A DNA stretch of 64,000 bases, taken from the NCBI GenBank assembly GCA_964291625.2, contig OZ220089.1, positions 1,600,001-1,664,000 of the forward strand, written 5' to 3'. Under the pieces are notes generated by a model. That model worked only from the letters and a program-made list of their open reading frames with translations. It was not told the DNA's origin and did not search any database. Shown piece by piece: positions 29,171 through 39,534 of this stretch (within the stretch, counting starts at the first letter, position 1; each line of letters begins with the position of its first letter). Both the position numbers and the translations under genes were made by a program. The stretch comes from Candidatus Latescibacterota bacterium (GTDB lineage: Bacteria > Latescibacterota > UBA2968 > UBA8231).

Positions 29171-30262
29171 TCAGCTATCCAGCTCCGCCGCCGCCCGGGC
29201 CCGCGCCGCGGCGAGGAACTCCTGCACCTCGACGGGGCCGCCCGTCCGGCAGCTCTCGATGGCGGCGAAGACCATGGCCACCGATTGCAGGTTGGCCTCC
29301 ACGTGGGTCTCCATCGGCTCTCCCCCGTCGAGCCACCGGACGAACTGCTCCACCAGCCAGGCGTCGCTCCACTTGCGCTGCTCCAGCAAGGGGACGGCTG
29401 CTCCCTCACCATGTCGGACGCCGACCGATCGAGCCTCGCTGTCGTGGTCGAACCGCTCGATCCCACCGTGGTCCATGATCAGGGTGGCCAGCTCGCACTC
29501 GGCGCGCAGGTACTCCCGGCTCCAGCCGTTGAGGCCCACGGCGTTGGTCTTCGCTCCCTCGTAGAGGGCGCGGACGCCGTTCTCCAACTGCATCGTCACC
29601 AGGGCCTGCGAGTCTCCCCGGTATGCGCTCCACGGGGGATTCCACGTCTGGGCGTAGATCGTGCGGCAGTCGGCCCCGCCCATGTCGGCGAGGATGTCGA
29701 GGTGGTGGACCGAGCCCTCGATCAGGAGGGGATCCTCCATCTCGTAGCGGAAGCCGCCCCAGTCGCCGTGCTCGCGCGTGTCGCAGGTGAAGCGCATGAC
29801 CAGGTAGTCGACGGCGCCGCAGCCTCCCGACCTGAGGGTTTCCCACAGGGTCCTCTTGCTCTGGGCGAAGCGGTGGCTCATGGTGACCCCCATCTTCCGC
29901 CCCGTCCGCCGCACCTTCTCGGCGATGCGGCACGACGCCTCGAGTGTGTCCGCGATCGGCTTTTCCGAGAGGACGTGCATGTCGTGGGCCAGGGCCGCGT
30001 CGACGACCTCCTCGTGAAAGGCCGGCGGTACGACGACAGTGCAGAAGTCGGCGTCGTTCTCGGCGAAGGCCTGCTGAAGGTCGGTGTAACACTTTTCGGG
30101 AGGCAGGCCGAGAAAATCCCGGGCGTTGGCCAGCGCCTCGGGGTTGGTGTCCACGGCGGCGGCCACCTCGATCAGGCCGTCCTCGATGTTGGGAGGCAGG
30201 ATGCCCTGGCACCAGGAGCGGCCGCGCCCGCCGGTGCCGACCTGGATCACTCTGTAGGTCAT
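29171..30262 (-). CDS. Gfo/Idh/MocA family oxidoreductase
   Basis: VGTGGRG, HVLSEKP, HHLD. Confidence 0.9.
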   Translation of the reverse strand: MTYRVIQVGTGGRGRSWCQGILPPNIEDGLIEVAAAVDTNPEALANARDFLGLPPEKCYTDLQQAFAENDADFCTVVVPPAFHEEVVDAALAHDMHVLSEKPIADTLEASCRIAEKVRRTGRKMGVTMSHRFAQSKRTLWETLRSGGCGAVDYLVMRFTCDTREHGDWGGFRYEMEDPLLIEGSVHHLDILADMGGADCRTIYAQTWNPPWSAYRGDSQALVTMQLENGVRALYEGAKTNAVGLNGWSREYLRAECELATLIMDHGGIERFDHDSEARSVGVRHGEGAAVPLLEQRKWSDAWLVEQFVRWLDGGEPMETHVEANLQSVAMVFAAIESCRTGGPVEVQEFLAAARARAAAELDS

Positions 30263-30275
30263 GCCCCTGGAGCCG

Positions 30276-31169
30276 TCACATCTGCGGGGCCCAGTCGCCG
30301 CCGGCCCGGTCGAACTGCTCGCAGAGGGAGGTGACGACCTCCTCGGGCAGATCGCCCCGGGCGATGATCTCCATGTTCTTCTCGGCGTTCTGGATGCGGG
30401 ACGTGCCGGCGATGGCGGTGTCGACCGCCTCGTGGGAGAGACAGAACCGGAGCGCGATCTCGACGCCGTCGGCGGGGGCGCCTTCGGGGACCTCCATGCT
30501 CTTGGCCCGCTCCCAGTAGACGTCGGCGTAGCTGTAGCGCGATGCCTCCGTCTTGAAGGCGGCGTTGGCCAGGGGGCGCTTGGCGATGACCCCCATGCCG
30601 GCCGCCCGCGCCGCCGGCAGGACCTGCAGGCGGGCGTCCTGGTCGACGACGTTGTACGAGGTCTGCAGGGTGCTGAAGACGCCCATGCCGATCGCCTTCA
30701 TGGCGGCCTCGCCGTCGCCGCTGTAGCCGACGTAGCGCACCTTCCCCGCCTCCTTCGCACGCAGGACCGCCTCCACCGCCTCGCCCTCGGCGAGCACCGC
30801 CGCCGAGCAGCTGTGCAGCTGCAGCAGGTCGAGGCGGTCCGTCCGCAGGCGCTCGAGGGAGCGGTCGACGCTGTGGGCGATGACCTCGGCCGACCACTCC
30901 TGGCCGGAAGCGCCGCCGGTCACGTGCCCGCACTTGGAGGCGAGGACGTACTCCTCCCGCCGGGAGCCGATCGCCCGGCCGATCTGCTCCTCGCTGTCGT
31001 GGTAACAGGCGGCCGTGTCGTAGAAGGTCACGCCCATGTCGAGGAGGCCGTTGAGCAGCCGGTCGGACTGGTCCGGGGTCACGTCCTCGTAGCCGATGCG
31101 GGCGCCGCCGAAGCCGAGGCGGGTGACGGTGAGGTCGGTCTGGCCGAGGGTGCGGGTATCCATGGTCAT
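30276..31169 (-). CDS. aldo/keto reductase
   Basis: LGFG, DTAACY, SLERLRTDRLDLLQLH, GKVRYVGYS. Confidence 0.92.
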   Translation of the reverse strand: MTMDTRTLGQTDLTVTRLGFGGARIGYEDVTPDQSDRLLNGLLDMGVTFYDTAACYHDSEEQIGRAIGSRREEYVLASKCGHVTGGASGQEWSAEVIAHSVDRSLERLRTDRLDLLQLHSCSAAVLAEGEAVEAVLRAKEAGKVRYVGYSGDGEAAMKAIGMGVFSTLQTSYNVVDQDARLQVLPAARAAGMGVIAKRPLANAAFKTEASRYSYADVYWERAKSMEVPEGAPADGVEIALRFCLSHEAVDTAIAGTSRIQNAEKNMEIIARGDLPEEVVTSLCEQFDRAGGDWAPQM

Positions 31170-32575
31170 TCTCCAGTCACTGTGAGGATCCAGTCGCGCA
31201 CCCGGTCGAGGACCTCGGGCGAGAGGGTCTCCTCGATGGCGGAGTACTCGTCGATCCGCCCCGTGGAGGCGCGCTGGAAGAGGTGGTTGTGCCCGGGCAG
31301 GCTGCGAACCGTGACCCTGCGGTTGCCGCCCGCCTCGAGGGCCGCGGCGATGGCGGTCAGGTTCTGCCGGCCGTCGACCTGCAGGTCCAGCTCGCCGTTG
31401 AGGGCGAGCACCGGCGCCCGGACGGCACTCAGGGCCGGACGCGGATCGAAGGCGAGGAACCAGCGCATCCACGGATCGAGGGCCTGGTCCACGGCGGCCT
31501 GCACCTGGCTCTCGTCCTGCTGAGCGGCGGGCACGCCGTTCATCTCGAACTGCCGGCGGACGATCTCCTCCACTTCGGGACGCAGATCCGCCTCGTCCCG
31601 GTCCGAGGCGAGGGCCGGGAACAGCCGGTCCAGGAGAGCGAGCAGCGCCTGGCGGTGGACCACCGGCATGCCGGCGGCTTCGAAGAGGCGCTCGTTCTGC
31701 CGGCGCAGCAGCTCGGCGCCCGGCACCCCGGGGCCGGCCAGAAGCACGACGAAGGCGACGTCCTCCCGCTGCGAGGCGACGATGGCGGCGATCGCGCCGC
31801 CCTCGCTGTGCCCCATCAGACCGACGGGGCCGATGCGCTCGTCGCGCCCGAGGAAGTCCACGGCCGCGGCGGCGTCACCGGCGAAGTCGGCGGTGGTGGG
31901 CGACTGCGGATGGGGCGTCGAACCGCCGACGCCGGCGTCGTCGACGCGCAGAACGGCCAGGCCGGCGCGGGTCAGATGGTCGGCCCAGACGAGGAACGGT
32001 CGGTGGCCGAAGACCGTCTGGTCGCGGTCCTGCGGGCCGCTGCCCGAGATGAGCAGGACAGAGGGGAAAGGGCCCTCACCCGGCGGCAGAGTCAGGGTGC
32101 CGGCGAGGGTGACGGGACCGCTCCGGAAGCTGACCTCCTCGGTTCTGTACGGATACGGGGGACGCGGCTCCTGGGGCCGGGCCGGCTCGGCGGCGGCCTC
32201 CCGCGAAAGGCGGAAGCCGAAGGCGGCGGCGCCCTGGGTGAAGCGGCCTGTGATGACGCCTCCGTCGAGGGTGCCCCGGAAGGTCGGGTTGCCCGGAACG
32301 CCCCGGATCGAGAAGGTGACCTGGGAGGCGTCTTCGCGGACCTCGATCGCCTCCAGCGGGAGGCCGGCTGCACCCTGGGCGGGGATGTCGATCGACCCGC
32401 TCCAGATCCCGGCGTTGCTCTCGAGATCGACCTTCACCACCAGGGGCTGGCCGGGGATCTCGATCTCTCCCTCCCAGTGGCCGGCGATCCTCTCGTCGCC
32501 GGAGACGGTTGCCGCCAACAGCAGCGCGGTGGCCGCAAGGAGCGTCAGCCCACGCAAACTACTGCTTGCGCCCAT
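31166..32575 (-). CDS. secreted alpha/beta hydrolase (serine peptidase/esterase-like)
   Basis: Signal peptide, SGSGPQDRD, GHSEGG nucleophile elbow, DLQV, NHLFQ. Confidence 0.9.
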   Translation of the reverse strand: MGASSSLRGLTLLAATALLLAATVSGDERIAGHWEGEIEIPGQPLVVKVDLESNAGIWSGSIDIPAQGAAGLPLEAIEVREDASQVTFSIRGVPGNPTFRGTLDGGVITGRFTQGAAAFGFRLSREAAAEPARPQEPRPPYPYRTEEVSFRSGPVTLAGTLTLPPGEGPFPSVLLISGSGPQDRDQTVFGHRPFLVWADHLTRAGLAVLRVDDAGVGGSTPHPQSPTTADFAGDAAAAVDFLGRDERIGPVGLMGHSEGGAIAAIVASQREDVAFVVLLAGPGVPGAELLRRQNERLFEAAGMPVVHRQALLALLDRLFPALASDRDEADLRPEVEEIVRRQFEMNGVPAAQQDESQVQAAVDQALDPWMRWFLAFDPRPALSAVRAPVLALNGELDLQVDGRQNLTAIAAALEAGGNRRVTVRSLPGHNHLFQRASTGRIDEYSAIEETLSPEVLDRVRDWILTVTGE

Positions 32576-32584
32576 ATTGTCTGA

Positions 32585-32806
32585 TCAAGCGCCGCAATGC
32601 TGCCCGGCGCATCCAGAGCCTGACCCTGCCACTCGGTTGTATCCTCGCAATGAAGGGGCCTGGCACTCCTCGTCCGTCGCGTCAATCGGGAATTCCTCGT
32701 CATGGGCAATCGCGGAGGCCCCGGACTGCCTCAAGGCTTCGACGACCCGGCATCCTCCCAGCGAACGGTCGACGAAGAACACACCGCCCGCGGACTGAGG
32801 AGTCAT
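32585..32806 (-). pseudogene. truncated PIN-domain toxin (VapC45-like)
   Basis: FFVDRSLG...HDEEFPIDATDEE resembles the VapC45 N-terminus; similarity stops after about 47 aa. Confidence 0.7.
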
Positions 32807-33481
32807 GCGGCTTGAGCCGGCAGCTCACTCCGGATCGCTTCCTCCACCAACTGGCGTCCCAGACCGTAGTCCGAAACAAGGTCATCCATGGATTCACCGG
32901 CCTTGTACCGCTCCGCAACGATCTCGGTAGAAATGCCAGTGCCGATAATGCTGGGCCGTCCGAAACACATTCGGGGATCGATGACCACCACACGAGGTCC
33001 ATCCGCATGACCTGGACGCGTGAAGGGAAAGAGCCGTAGAGCGACACCAGCCATGTCCCGATCGACCCGCCGCAGATATGCCTCCAGGACTTCGCGCATG
33101 GCGAGTTGGCCGGACTGCGAGAGGTTCACCAAGTCAGCTTCATCCAACCAGCGGACAAACAAGTCGATGCCGTTCGTATGAAACTCGACAGCTGCCAACG
33201 GGTTCGGCTGACCCAATTGCTCCTGGAGGAATTTCGAGCGCTCTGCGCACTCTCTGAAGAGGAACCCCATGCACTCTGCGGATTGCCGACAGGACGTGAA
33301 TCTCTACGACGTTGATGAAGGACATCTCACTCGAGGCTGGATCCGGTCGCGAGATCGGCGGACGAAAGCCACCCTGCCCTCGAACCCAGGCGCGCACCGT
33401 GCTCCGCGGGAGCCCGAGATACGAGGAGACTTCGGCCACGGTATAGGTGGGCGTGTGTCTGTGGTCTTCACCAATCGGCAT
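32803..33481 (-). pseudogene. DUF433 antitoxin (VapB45-like), frameshifted near 33232 (may be a sequencing error)
   Basis: YTVAEVSSYLGLPRSTVRAW...SFINVVEIHVL in one frame; IDPRMCFGRP...GESMDDLVSDY in another. An extra base in GAAATTC joins them. Confidence 0.8.
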
Positions 33482-33525
33482 CGTCGAAAGCCTCCTCGGG
33501 GAGAATAAACGGACCGCCCCTCCCC

Positions 33526-34569
33526 TCAGCCATACACCGGGTCCCGGCGTCCCCAGGCGTTGTCGCGCACGACGACGTGCTCCTCGAAGCGGAGGGCGCC
33601 GGCCTCGCTGCGGTGGTGGAACCAGTTGTGCTCGATCACGGCCCGGTCCTCGGGGGTGCCGCGGATCACCACGGCGCGCCGGCCGGGGACGCGGAAGGTG
33701 TTGTGGTGGACGTGCATCCAGCCGCCCGCCACGTCCGTGCCGTCCTTGCGGTCTCGGCCGCCGTGCATGTCGAAACAGTGGCTGAGGCTGCGCCCCATCT
33801 CGACGTTGTTGCGCGCCTCGTACCCCGAGCCGGGGCGCCCGGAGCCGGCGATGGAGTGGCGGTTGGCGTCGAAGAGGTTGCCCTCGATCAGGGACCCGGC
33901 GCGGTCGTGGCTGACGCCGTACCCGAGACCCTGGTACTGGTTGTGGTGGATGAAGCAGTGCTGCACGCGGTGGCCGTCGCCGCCCGCGAGGTAGACGGCG
34001 CCGTGGCTCCAGCCCGCCAGCTCGCAGTTGTCGACGCGCAGCCGCGATTCCTCCGTCTGGACACCGTCGGAGGTTGGGAACTTGTAGTAGTAGCCGTGGC
34101 CGCCGTGGCCTTCGCGGAAGGAGCGGTCGTGGTGCTCCAGGCACTGGCGCGGATTCGGCCCCTGGAGCCGCAGGCCGGTGACGCGCGCGTCCGCGCCCGT
34201 GACCCGGATCAGGGGCCGGGTGGCGAAGGTGTCGGAGCGGATCAGCCCACCGGGCGCGCCCTTGATGCCGCGGTCGCTGGCCAGGGTCACGCCGCCGGGC
34301 AGCTCCAGGACCAGCTCCTCCACGTAGACCCGCTCCGTGCACTCGATGACGGCGTCGCCCGCCACGTACACGGTGTCGCCGGAGCGGGCGCTGGCCAGGG
34401 CCTCCAACAGCTCGTCGAGGTGGCGCACCGGCGAGCCGGTGGGGCGCACCACCTCCCGGTAGCCGGCGCCGCCGCCGAGGGGGTAGCCGCGGGTCCCGGC
34501 AGCGCCGCAGGCTCGTCGGCCCCGGCCGGTGCGGGTCGGTCCTTGGACGGTGGATCGGGCGTTGAACAT
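33526..34569 (-). CDS. right-handed parallel beta-helix repeat protein, copy 1
   Basis: Repeating VDNCEL/IHHN/IEGNLF/ARNN/HHNTF coils; near-identical to 41254..42294. Confidence 0.8.
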   Translation of the reverse strand: MFNARSTVQGPTRTGRGRRACGAAGTRGYPLGGGAGYREVVRPTGSPVRHLDELLEALASARSGDTVYVAGDAVIECTERVYVEELVLELPGGVTLASDRGIKGAPGGLIRSDTFATRPLIRVTGADARVTGLRLQGPNPRQCLEHHDRSFREGHGGHGYYYKFPTSDGVQTEESRLRVDNCELAGWSHGAVYLAGGDGHRVQHCFIHHNQYQGLGYGVSHDRAGSLIEGNLFDANRHSIAGSGRPGSGYEARNNVEMGRSLSHCFDMHGGRDRKDGTDVAGGWMHVHHNTFRVPGRRAVVIRGTPEDRAVIEHNWFHHRSEAGALRFEEHVVVRDNAWGRRDPVYG

Positions 34570-34682
34570 GGGGAACCTCCTCCTGTTCGATGCGGCGACA
34601 AGCGTACGGCTCTGGCGGGAGAACCGGCAAGCCGCTAGGGTAATCCGCCCCTGACAACCGATCCCCCCGAAAGGAGCTCACC

Positions 34683-36236
34683 TTGGGCGACGCTGACGAG
34701 CGGCTGGCGGTCCTGCCGTTCCTCGACGGAGACACGGACAGCGGCAACATCTACGAGGCCATCGGCGTGGAGCCGATCATCAACTGCCGCGGCACCTTCA
34801 CCATCCTCGGCGGCTCGGTGGAGCTGGCGGAGGTGGTGGCCGCCATGGACGCCGCCCACGGCTGGTTCGCGCAGTACGACGAGCTGGCCGAGGCGGTGGG
34901 CCGGCGCCTGGCCGCGGTCACCGGCGCCGAGTGGGGGCTGATCTCGGCGGGCTGCGCCGCCGGCCTCAAGCACGTGACCACGGCCTGCGTCACCGGCGGC
35001 AGTCCGGAGCGCCTGATCCGGGTGCCCAACCTCGAAGGCTTCGACAAGACCCAGGTGATCCTGCCCCGCACCTCGCGCACGGCCTACGATCACGCCCTGC
35101 GCGTGGTCGGCGTCGAACTGGTGATGGTGGACACGGCGGAGGAGATGGAGCGCGCCGTCAACCCGCGCACGGCGATGATCTACGTGGTCACCGGCCCCGC
35201 CACCGACCCCGGGCAGCCCCTGTCCCTGGAGGTGATCGCCGAGATCGCCCGGCCGAGGGAGATCCCCATCCTGGCCGACGCCGCCGCCGAGAACCTGACC
35301 ATCCCCTGCGTGCACCTGGAGCGGGGCGCCACGGTGGCGGCCTACAGCGGCGGCAAGGCCCTGTGCGGCCCCCAGTGCGCCGGCCTCGTCCTCGGGCGCA
35401 AGGACCTGCTCATGGCGGCCTGGCAGGCGAGCGCTCCCCACCACGGCCCCGGACGCTCGGAGAAGATCGGCAAGGAGGAGATCCTGGGGATGCTGGCCGC
35501 GGTCGAGGCCTGGGTGCGGCGCGACCACGAGGCCGAGTGGCAGGAGTGGCTCGGGATCCTGGACCGGATCTCGGGATCGGTGGCGGAGATCGACACCGTC
35601 GCCTGCCGCGTCGACGACCCGGCGGGGATGTCCAACCGGGCGCCGGCCCTGACCATCAGCTGGGACCCGGGGGCCCTGAACATCACCGGCGAGGAGGTGG
35701 CCGAGGACTTCGCCCGAAAGAGGCCGCGCATCGCCGTGGGAGCCGCCGACTCGGGGGAGAGGGCCGGCATCCGCATCAACCCCAGTCAGATGCAGCCCGG
35801 CGACGAGGAGGTGGTGATCGACCGCATCCGCCGCATCCTCGCCGAGCCGCGGGGCCCGCGACCGGACGGGCTGGAGCCGGCCGCCGTGGACGTCAGCGGC
35901 CGGTGGGACCTCGACGTCGACTACTTCACCAGCACGAGCCGCCACCGGCTGACGATCGCCCAGGACGGCAACTGGATCGAGGGCTCCCACCAGAGCGAGT
36001 TCTCGGTGCAGGACCTGTCCGGCGTCGTCGAGGGGGACGAGGTGCGGCTGAGCAGCGCCGTGAGCAGACCGGGGGACAACGTGCCCTTCCTGTTCTCGGG
36101 ACGGGCCGAGGGGGAGGAGATCTCGGGTACGATTCACCTCGGGGAGTACCTCACCGCCCGGTTCACCGCCGTCCGTACGGGCCCTCGCGCGCGGCGGCCC
36201 ATCTCCATCCCCGGCGGCCCTCCGCTGGCGACCTGA
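34683..36236 (+). CDS. SelA-like PLP-dependent enzyme (DgaE-like) with C-terminal extension
   Basis: GVEPIINCRGTFTILGGS, DAAAE, YSGGKALCGPQ, KIGKEEI. Confidence 0.82.
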   Translation: MGDADERLAVLPFLDGDTDSGNIYEAIGVEPIINCRGTFTILGGSVELAEVVAAMDAAHGWFAQYDELAEAVGRRLAAVTGAEWGLISAGCAAGLKHVTTACVTGGSPERLIRVPNLEGFDKTQVILPRTSRTAYDHALRVVGVELVMVDTAEEMERAVNPRTAMIYVVTGPATDPGQPLSLEVIAEIARPREIPILADAAAENLTIPCVHLERGATVAAYSGGKALCGPQCAGLVLGRKDLLMAAWQASAPHHGPGRSEKIGKEEILGMLAAVEAWVRRDHEAEWQEWLGILDRISGSVAEIDTVACRVDDPAGMSNRAPALTISWDPGALNITGEEVAEDFARKRPRIAVGAADSGERAGIRINPSQMQPGDEEVVIDRIRRILAEPRGPRPDGLEPAAVDVSGRWDLDVDYFTSTSRHRLTIAQDGNWIEGSHQSEFSVQDLSGVVEGDEVRLSSAVSRPGDNVPFLFSGRAEGEEISGTIHLGEYLTARFTAVRTGPRARRPISIPGGPPLAT

Positions 36237-36239
36237 GCC

Positions 36240-36818
36240 ATGAACAGTGTCCAGGCGGATATGCATGTCATGACAACTGTCGTATTCATGTTCGACATTG
36301 TCGCATTGTTTCTGCTGCTGACCGGAATCGTCTGGTCCGTAGTCCAGCCCGGCCGCCGGATCTGGCCTCCGCCGGGGCGCCGCTCCTGGCAGTATGTCCT
36401 GACCTGGATCTGCACCTCCGCGGCTGTCGGGCTCAACGTGGCCCTGTTGCTTCTCGACTGGAATTCCTGGGTCTTCGGGGGAGCCCTCCGGTTTCTCGTC
36501 GGCATCCCTCTGGCTCTGGTGGGAGGACTGCTGGCGATCTGGGGAATCGTCACGATCGGCTGGAAGAACTCGTCGGGCGTGAGGGACGGCTTCAGTACCT
36601 CCGGCCCTTACCGGTTCACCAGAAACCCGCAGTACCTCGGCGACAACGTGCTCTTCCTGGGACTGAGCATCGTCGCCAACTCGGAACTCCTTTGGATCAC
36701 CCACGCTCTGCTCACCCTGGTGTTCATCATCGCGCCCCTGAGTGAGGAGGTGTGGCTGAAGGAGCAATACGGCGAGGAGTACGAACGGTATCGGCGAGAC
36801 ACGCCGCGATTCTTGTGA
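36240..36818 (+). CDS. PEMT/isoprenylcysteine methyltransferase family membrane protein
   Basis: TSGPYRFTRNPQY, EE..L...YGEEYERY...PRFL. Confidence 0.85.
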   Translation: MNSVQADMHVMTTVVFMFDIVALFLLLTGIVWSVVQPGRRIWPPPGRRSWQYVLTWICTSAAVGLNVALLLLDWNSWVFGGALRFLVGIPLALVGGLLAIWGIVTIGWKNSSGVRDGFSTSGPYRFTRNPQYLGDNVLFLGLSIVANSELLWITHALLTLVFIIAPLSEEVWLKEQYGEEYERYRRDTPRFL

Positions 36819-36831
36819 GCATCGAGAAGCC

Positions 36832-38223
36832 ATGAACGTCATCGTCCTCGTGAGCGACACCTTCCGCTACGACTACCTGGGGTGCAACGGCAACGACTGG
36901 ATCGGCACGGCGGCCCTCGACCGTTTCGCCGGGCGCGCCGTCTGCTTCGACCGCCACTACCTGTCGAGCTTCCCCACCATCCCCAACCGCACCGACCTGT
37001 TCACCGGCCGCTACAGCTTCCCCTTCCACGGCTGGAAACCCCTCGACCCGGAGATCCCGGTGCTGAGCACGATCTTCGGCGCCGCCGGGTACCAGAGCCA
37101 GCTCATCTGCGACACCCCGCACCTGATGAAGGGGGTCCACCACTTCGACCGGGGCTTCGACGGGGCGCACTGGATCCGCGGCCAGGAGGGAGACAAGCCG
37201 CTGCTCAAGGGCAACCTGCCGCCGCGCCTGGAGGTGGACGGCGCCAAGACCCGCGTCGACCCGCACATGGCGAAGACGCGCTTCGGCAACCTGGCCACCC
37301 AGCACTCGTGGACCAACCGCGACTGGGCCTGGGAGGAGGACCGCTTCTGCGCGCGCACGGCGCGGACGGTGAGCCGCTGGCTGGAGGAGAACCGCGGCTG
37401 CGAGCCCTTCCTGCTGTGGGTCGACTTCTTCGACGCCCACGAGCCGTGGGACCCGCCGGAGCATCTCGTGGCCCGCTACGACAGCTCCGGGTACGACGGC
37501 CCTCCGATGATCCACCCCAACTACGGCCCGGCGTCGGTCTACCCCTCACAGGAGCTGGCCAACCTGCAGGCCCACTACGCCGCCGAGATCTACCTGGTCA
37601 ACAAGTGGATCGGCTACGTGCTCGACAAGATCGAGGAGTTGGGGTTGTTCGAGGACAGCGTCGTCGTCTTCACATCGGACCACGGGATGTTCGTCGGCGA
37701 GCACGACCGCACCGGCAAGTCGAACATCCACCCCCAGGACGACCGCGTCTGGCCCCTGTACGAGGAGATCAGCCGCATCCCGCTGATGATCGCCGCCCCC
37801 GGCGCCGCGGGCGGACGGCGCGTCGGCGCCCTGACGCAGTCGGTGGACCTGCTGCCGACGCTGACGGCCCTGACCGGTGTCGATCCGGACGCCCTGGAGA
37901 TGCACGGCCACTCGCTGGCGCCGCTGCTGAACGGGTCCGCCCCGTGGCCGCGGAAGTACGCCTTCAGCTCCACCTTCATCCGCAACGGCGGGCCCACCGT
38001 GACCGGCGAGGGCTGGACCTGGCTGGCCCATGGCGAGCACGGCGGCGCGCCCGAGCTCTACGACCTGCAGGCCGACCCCCGGCAGCAGGAGAACGTGATC
38101 GGCGCGCACCCGGAGGTGGCCCGGCGCATGCGGCAGGCCCTGGCGGAGTTCCTCGACGAGGTGGAGACGCCCGAGGAGAACCGCGCGCTCCTGGGACCTG
38201 TGGGCGGGCCTGACTACGGCTGA
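36832..38223 (+). CDS. sulfatase-like hydrolase (Thr at the nucleophile position)
   Basis: DTFRYD, PTIPNR, DAHEPW, TSDHG, ELYDL..DP. Confidence 0.88.
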   Translation: MNVIVLVSDTFRYDYLGCNGNDWIGTAALDRFAGRAVCFDRHYLSSFPTIPNRTDLFTGRYSFPFHGWKPLDPEIPVLSTIFGAAGYQSQLICDTPHLMKGVHHFDRGFDGAHWIRGQEGDKPLLKGNLPPRLEVDGAKTRVDPHMAKTRFGNLATQHSWTNRDWAWEEDRFCARTARTVSRWLEENRGCEPFLLWVDFFDAHEPWDPPEHLVARYDSSGYDGPPMIHPNYGPASVYPSQELANLQAHYAAEIYLVNKWIGYVLDKIEELGLFEDSVVVFTSDHGMFVGEHDRTGKSNIHPQDDRVWPLYEEISRIPLMIAAPGAAGGRRVGALTQSVDLLPTLTALTGVDPDALEMHGHSLAPLLNGSAPWPRKYAFSSTFIRNGGPTVTGEGWTWLAHGEHGGAPELYDLQADPRQQENVIGAHPEVARRMRQALAEFLDEVETPEENRALLGPVGGPDYG

Positions 38224-38232
38224 CCGCCGCCG

Positions 38233-38448
38233 CTATCCCGTGAAGAAGTCGAAGATGCTGCCGAGTGTCGAGCTGTCGGCCGCGTAGAGCTCGGTGTAGC
38301 GGCACTGCCCGCAAGTCACAGTCGACAGCTTTCGGCTCTGGACATCGAATATCTTGGACCAGAACCCCCCCGCGGCGCGGATCTCACCGATCTCGCACCC
38401 GGTGTGACGGCACTTGGGGCACTGGAAGCGCAGCTCGGGTGCACTCAT
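38233..38448 (-). CDS. small zinc-ribbon protein (DUF2082-like)
   Basis: CPKC...SKIFDVQ...TCGQCRYTELY. Confidence 0.85.
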   Translation of the reverse strand: MSAPELRFQCPKCRHTGCEIGEIRAAGGFWSKIFDVQSRKLSTVTCGQCRYTELYAADSSTLGSIFDFFTG

Positions 38449-38480
38449 GGTGGCCTCGCTGGTTGGGTGGTGCCGTGTCG

Positions 38481-39521
38481 CTACCCTAACTCCGCGACCT
38501 TCACCGGCCTTCCTTCGGCGGCGGCGCGATCGGCGGCGAAGGCCACCCGCGACGACTCGAGGGCGGTCTTCCAGTCGGTGAGCGGCATCGCCTCGTCCTT
38601 GCCGATGGCGTCGACGAAGGCCTGGAACTGCGGCTCGTACGGGTGGTCGCTCACGTCCCCCGAGTCGATGAGCGATGTCTCCAGGGTGCTCCACCGGTCC
38701 TTCACCATCCCCTTCAGCCTCTTCGAGTAGATCCGGTTGTCGAGGAGGCTGCCCTCGCTGCCCACGAGATGGATGTGGAAGTAGTAGGGCTGCAGGCAGT
38801 CGATGCAGGAGGTGACCTTGGCGAGCCTGTCGCCGCCGGCGAACCGCAGGGTGCTCAGGCTGGTGGTGTTGTACTCGTAGGGCGCGAAGTCGGTCCCCTT
38901 CGACTTGACCTGGTGGCTCGACACCTCCTCCACCTTCCCGTCCATGAAGAACAGGCAGGCATCGAGGGCGTGGACGCCGGCGGTGAGAAGTGAGCTGCCG
39001 CCCATCTCCTTCTTGATGTTCCACCCGTACTGTCCGTACCAGGGCCCGATGCCATGGTAGTAGTCGACCTCGGCGTAGTGCAGCTCTCCGAGCAAACCCT
39101 CGTCGATGACCGAGCGGATCATGGTGAAGTGGGCGCTGTAGCGGCACTCGAAGCAGACGCAGACGTTGACCCCCGTCTCGCGGATCGCCTCGCCCATGGC
39201 CACGGCGTCCTCCCAGGTGAGGGAGATCGGCTTCTCGATGATCAGGTGCTTGCCGGCCCGGGCCGCGGCGATCGCCTGCTCGGCGTGGAAGGGGTGCGGG
39301 GTGCAGATGTCGACGACGTCGATGTCGCCGTCGGCCAGCAGGGCGTCGTAGTCGGTGTACGCCTTCAGGGGCGTGCCGAACTGCGCCTCCAGGTCGGCCT
39401 CGTCGTGTTCCCTGCGGGAGCAGATGGCGGTCACGTTCCCGCCTTCCACCGCCTTGAATGCCTCGATGTGGGCGCCGGCCACCCAGCCCAGTCCCACGAT
39501 GCCGACGTTCAGGTCGCTCAT
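38481..39521 (-). CDS. Gfo/Idh/MocA family oxidoreductase
   Basis: [26 protein letters not shown]. Confidence 0.9.
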   Translation of the reverse strand: MSDLNVGIVGLGWVAGAHIEAFKAVEGGNVTAICSRREHDEADLEAQFGTPLKAYTDYDALLADGDIDVVDICTPHPFHAEQAIAAARAGKHLIIEKPISLTWEDAVAMGEAIRETGVNVCVCFECRYSAHFTMIRSVIDEGLLGELHYAEVDYYHGIGPWYGQYGWNIKKEMGGSSLLTAGVHALDACLFFMDGKVEEVSSHQVKSKGTDFAPYEYNTTSLSTLRFAGGDRLAKVTSCIDCLQPYYFHIHLVGSEGSLLDNRIYSKRLKGMVKDRWSTLETSLIDSGDVSDHPYEPQFQAFVDAIGKDEAMPLTDWKTALESSRVAFAADRAAAEGRPVKVAELG

Positions 39522-39534
39522 GATGATCTCTCCG

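Noticed and set aside
34683-36236. True selenocysteine synthase SelA
   Set aside because: Lacks the SelA N-terminal domain, and no selB/selC/selD genes are nearby.
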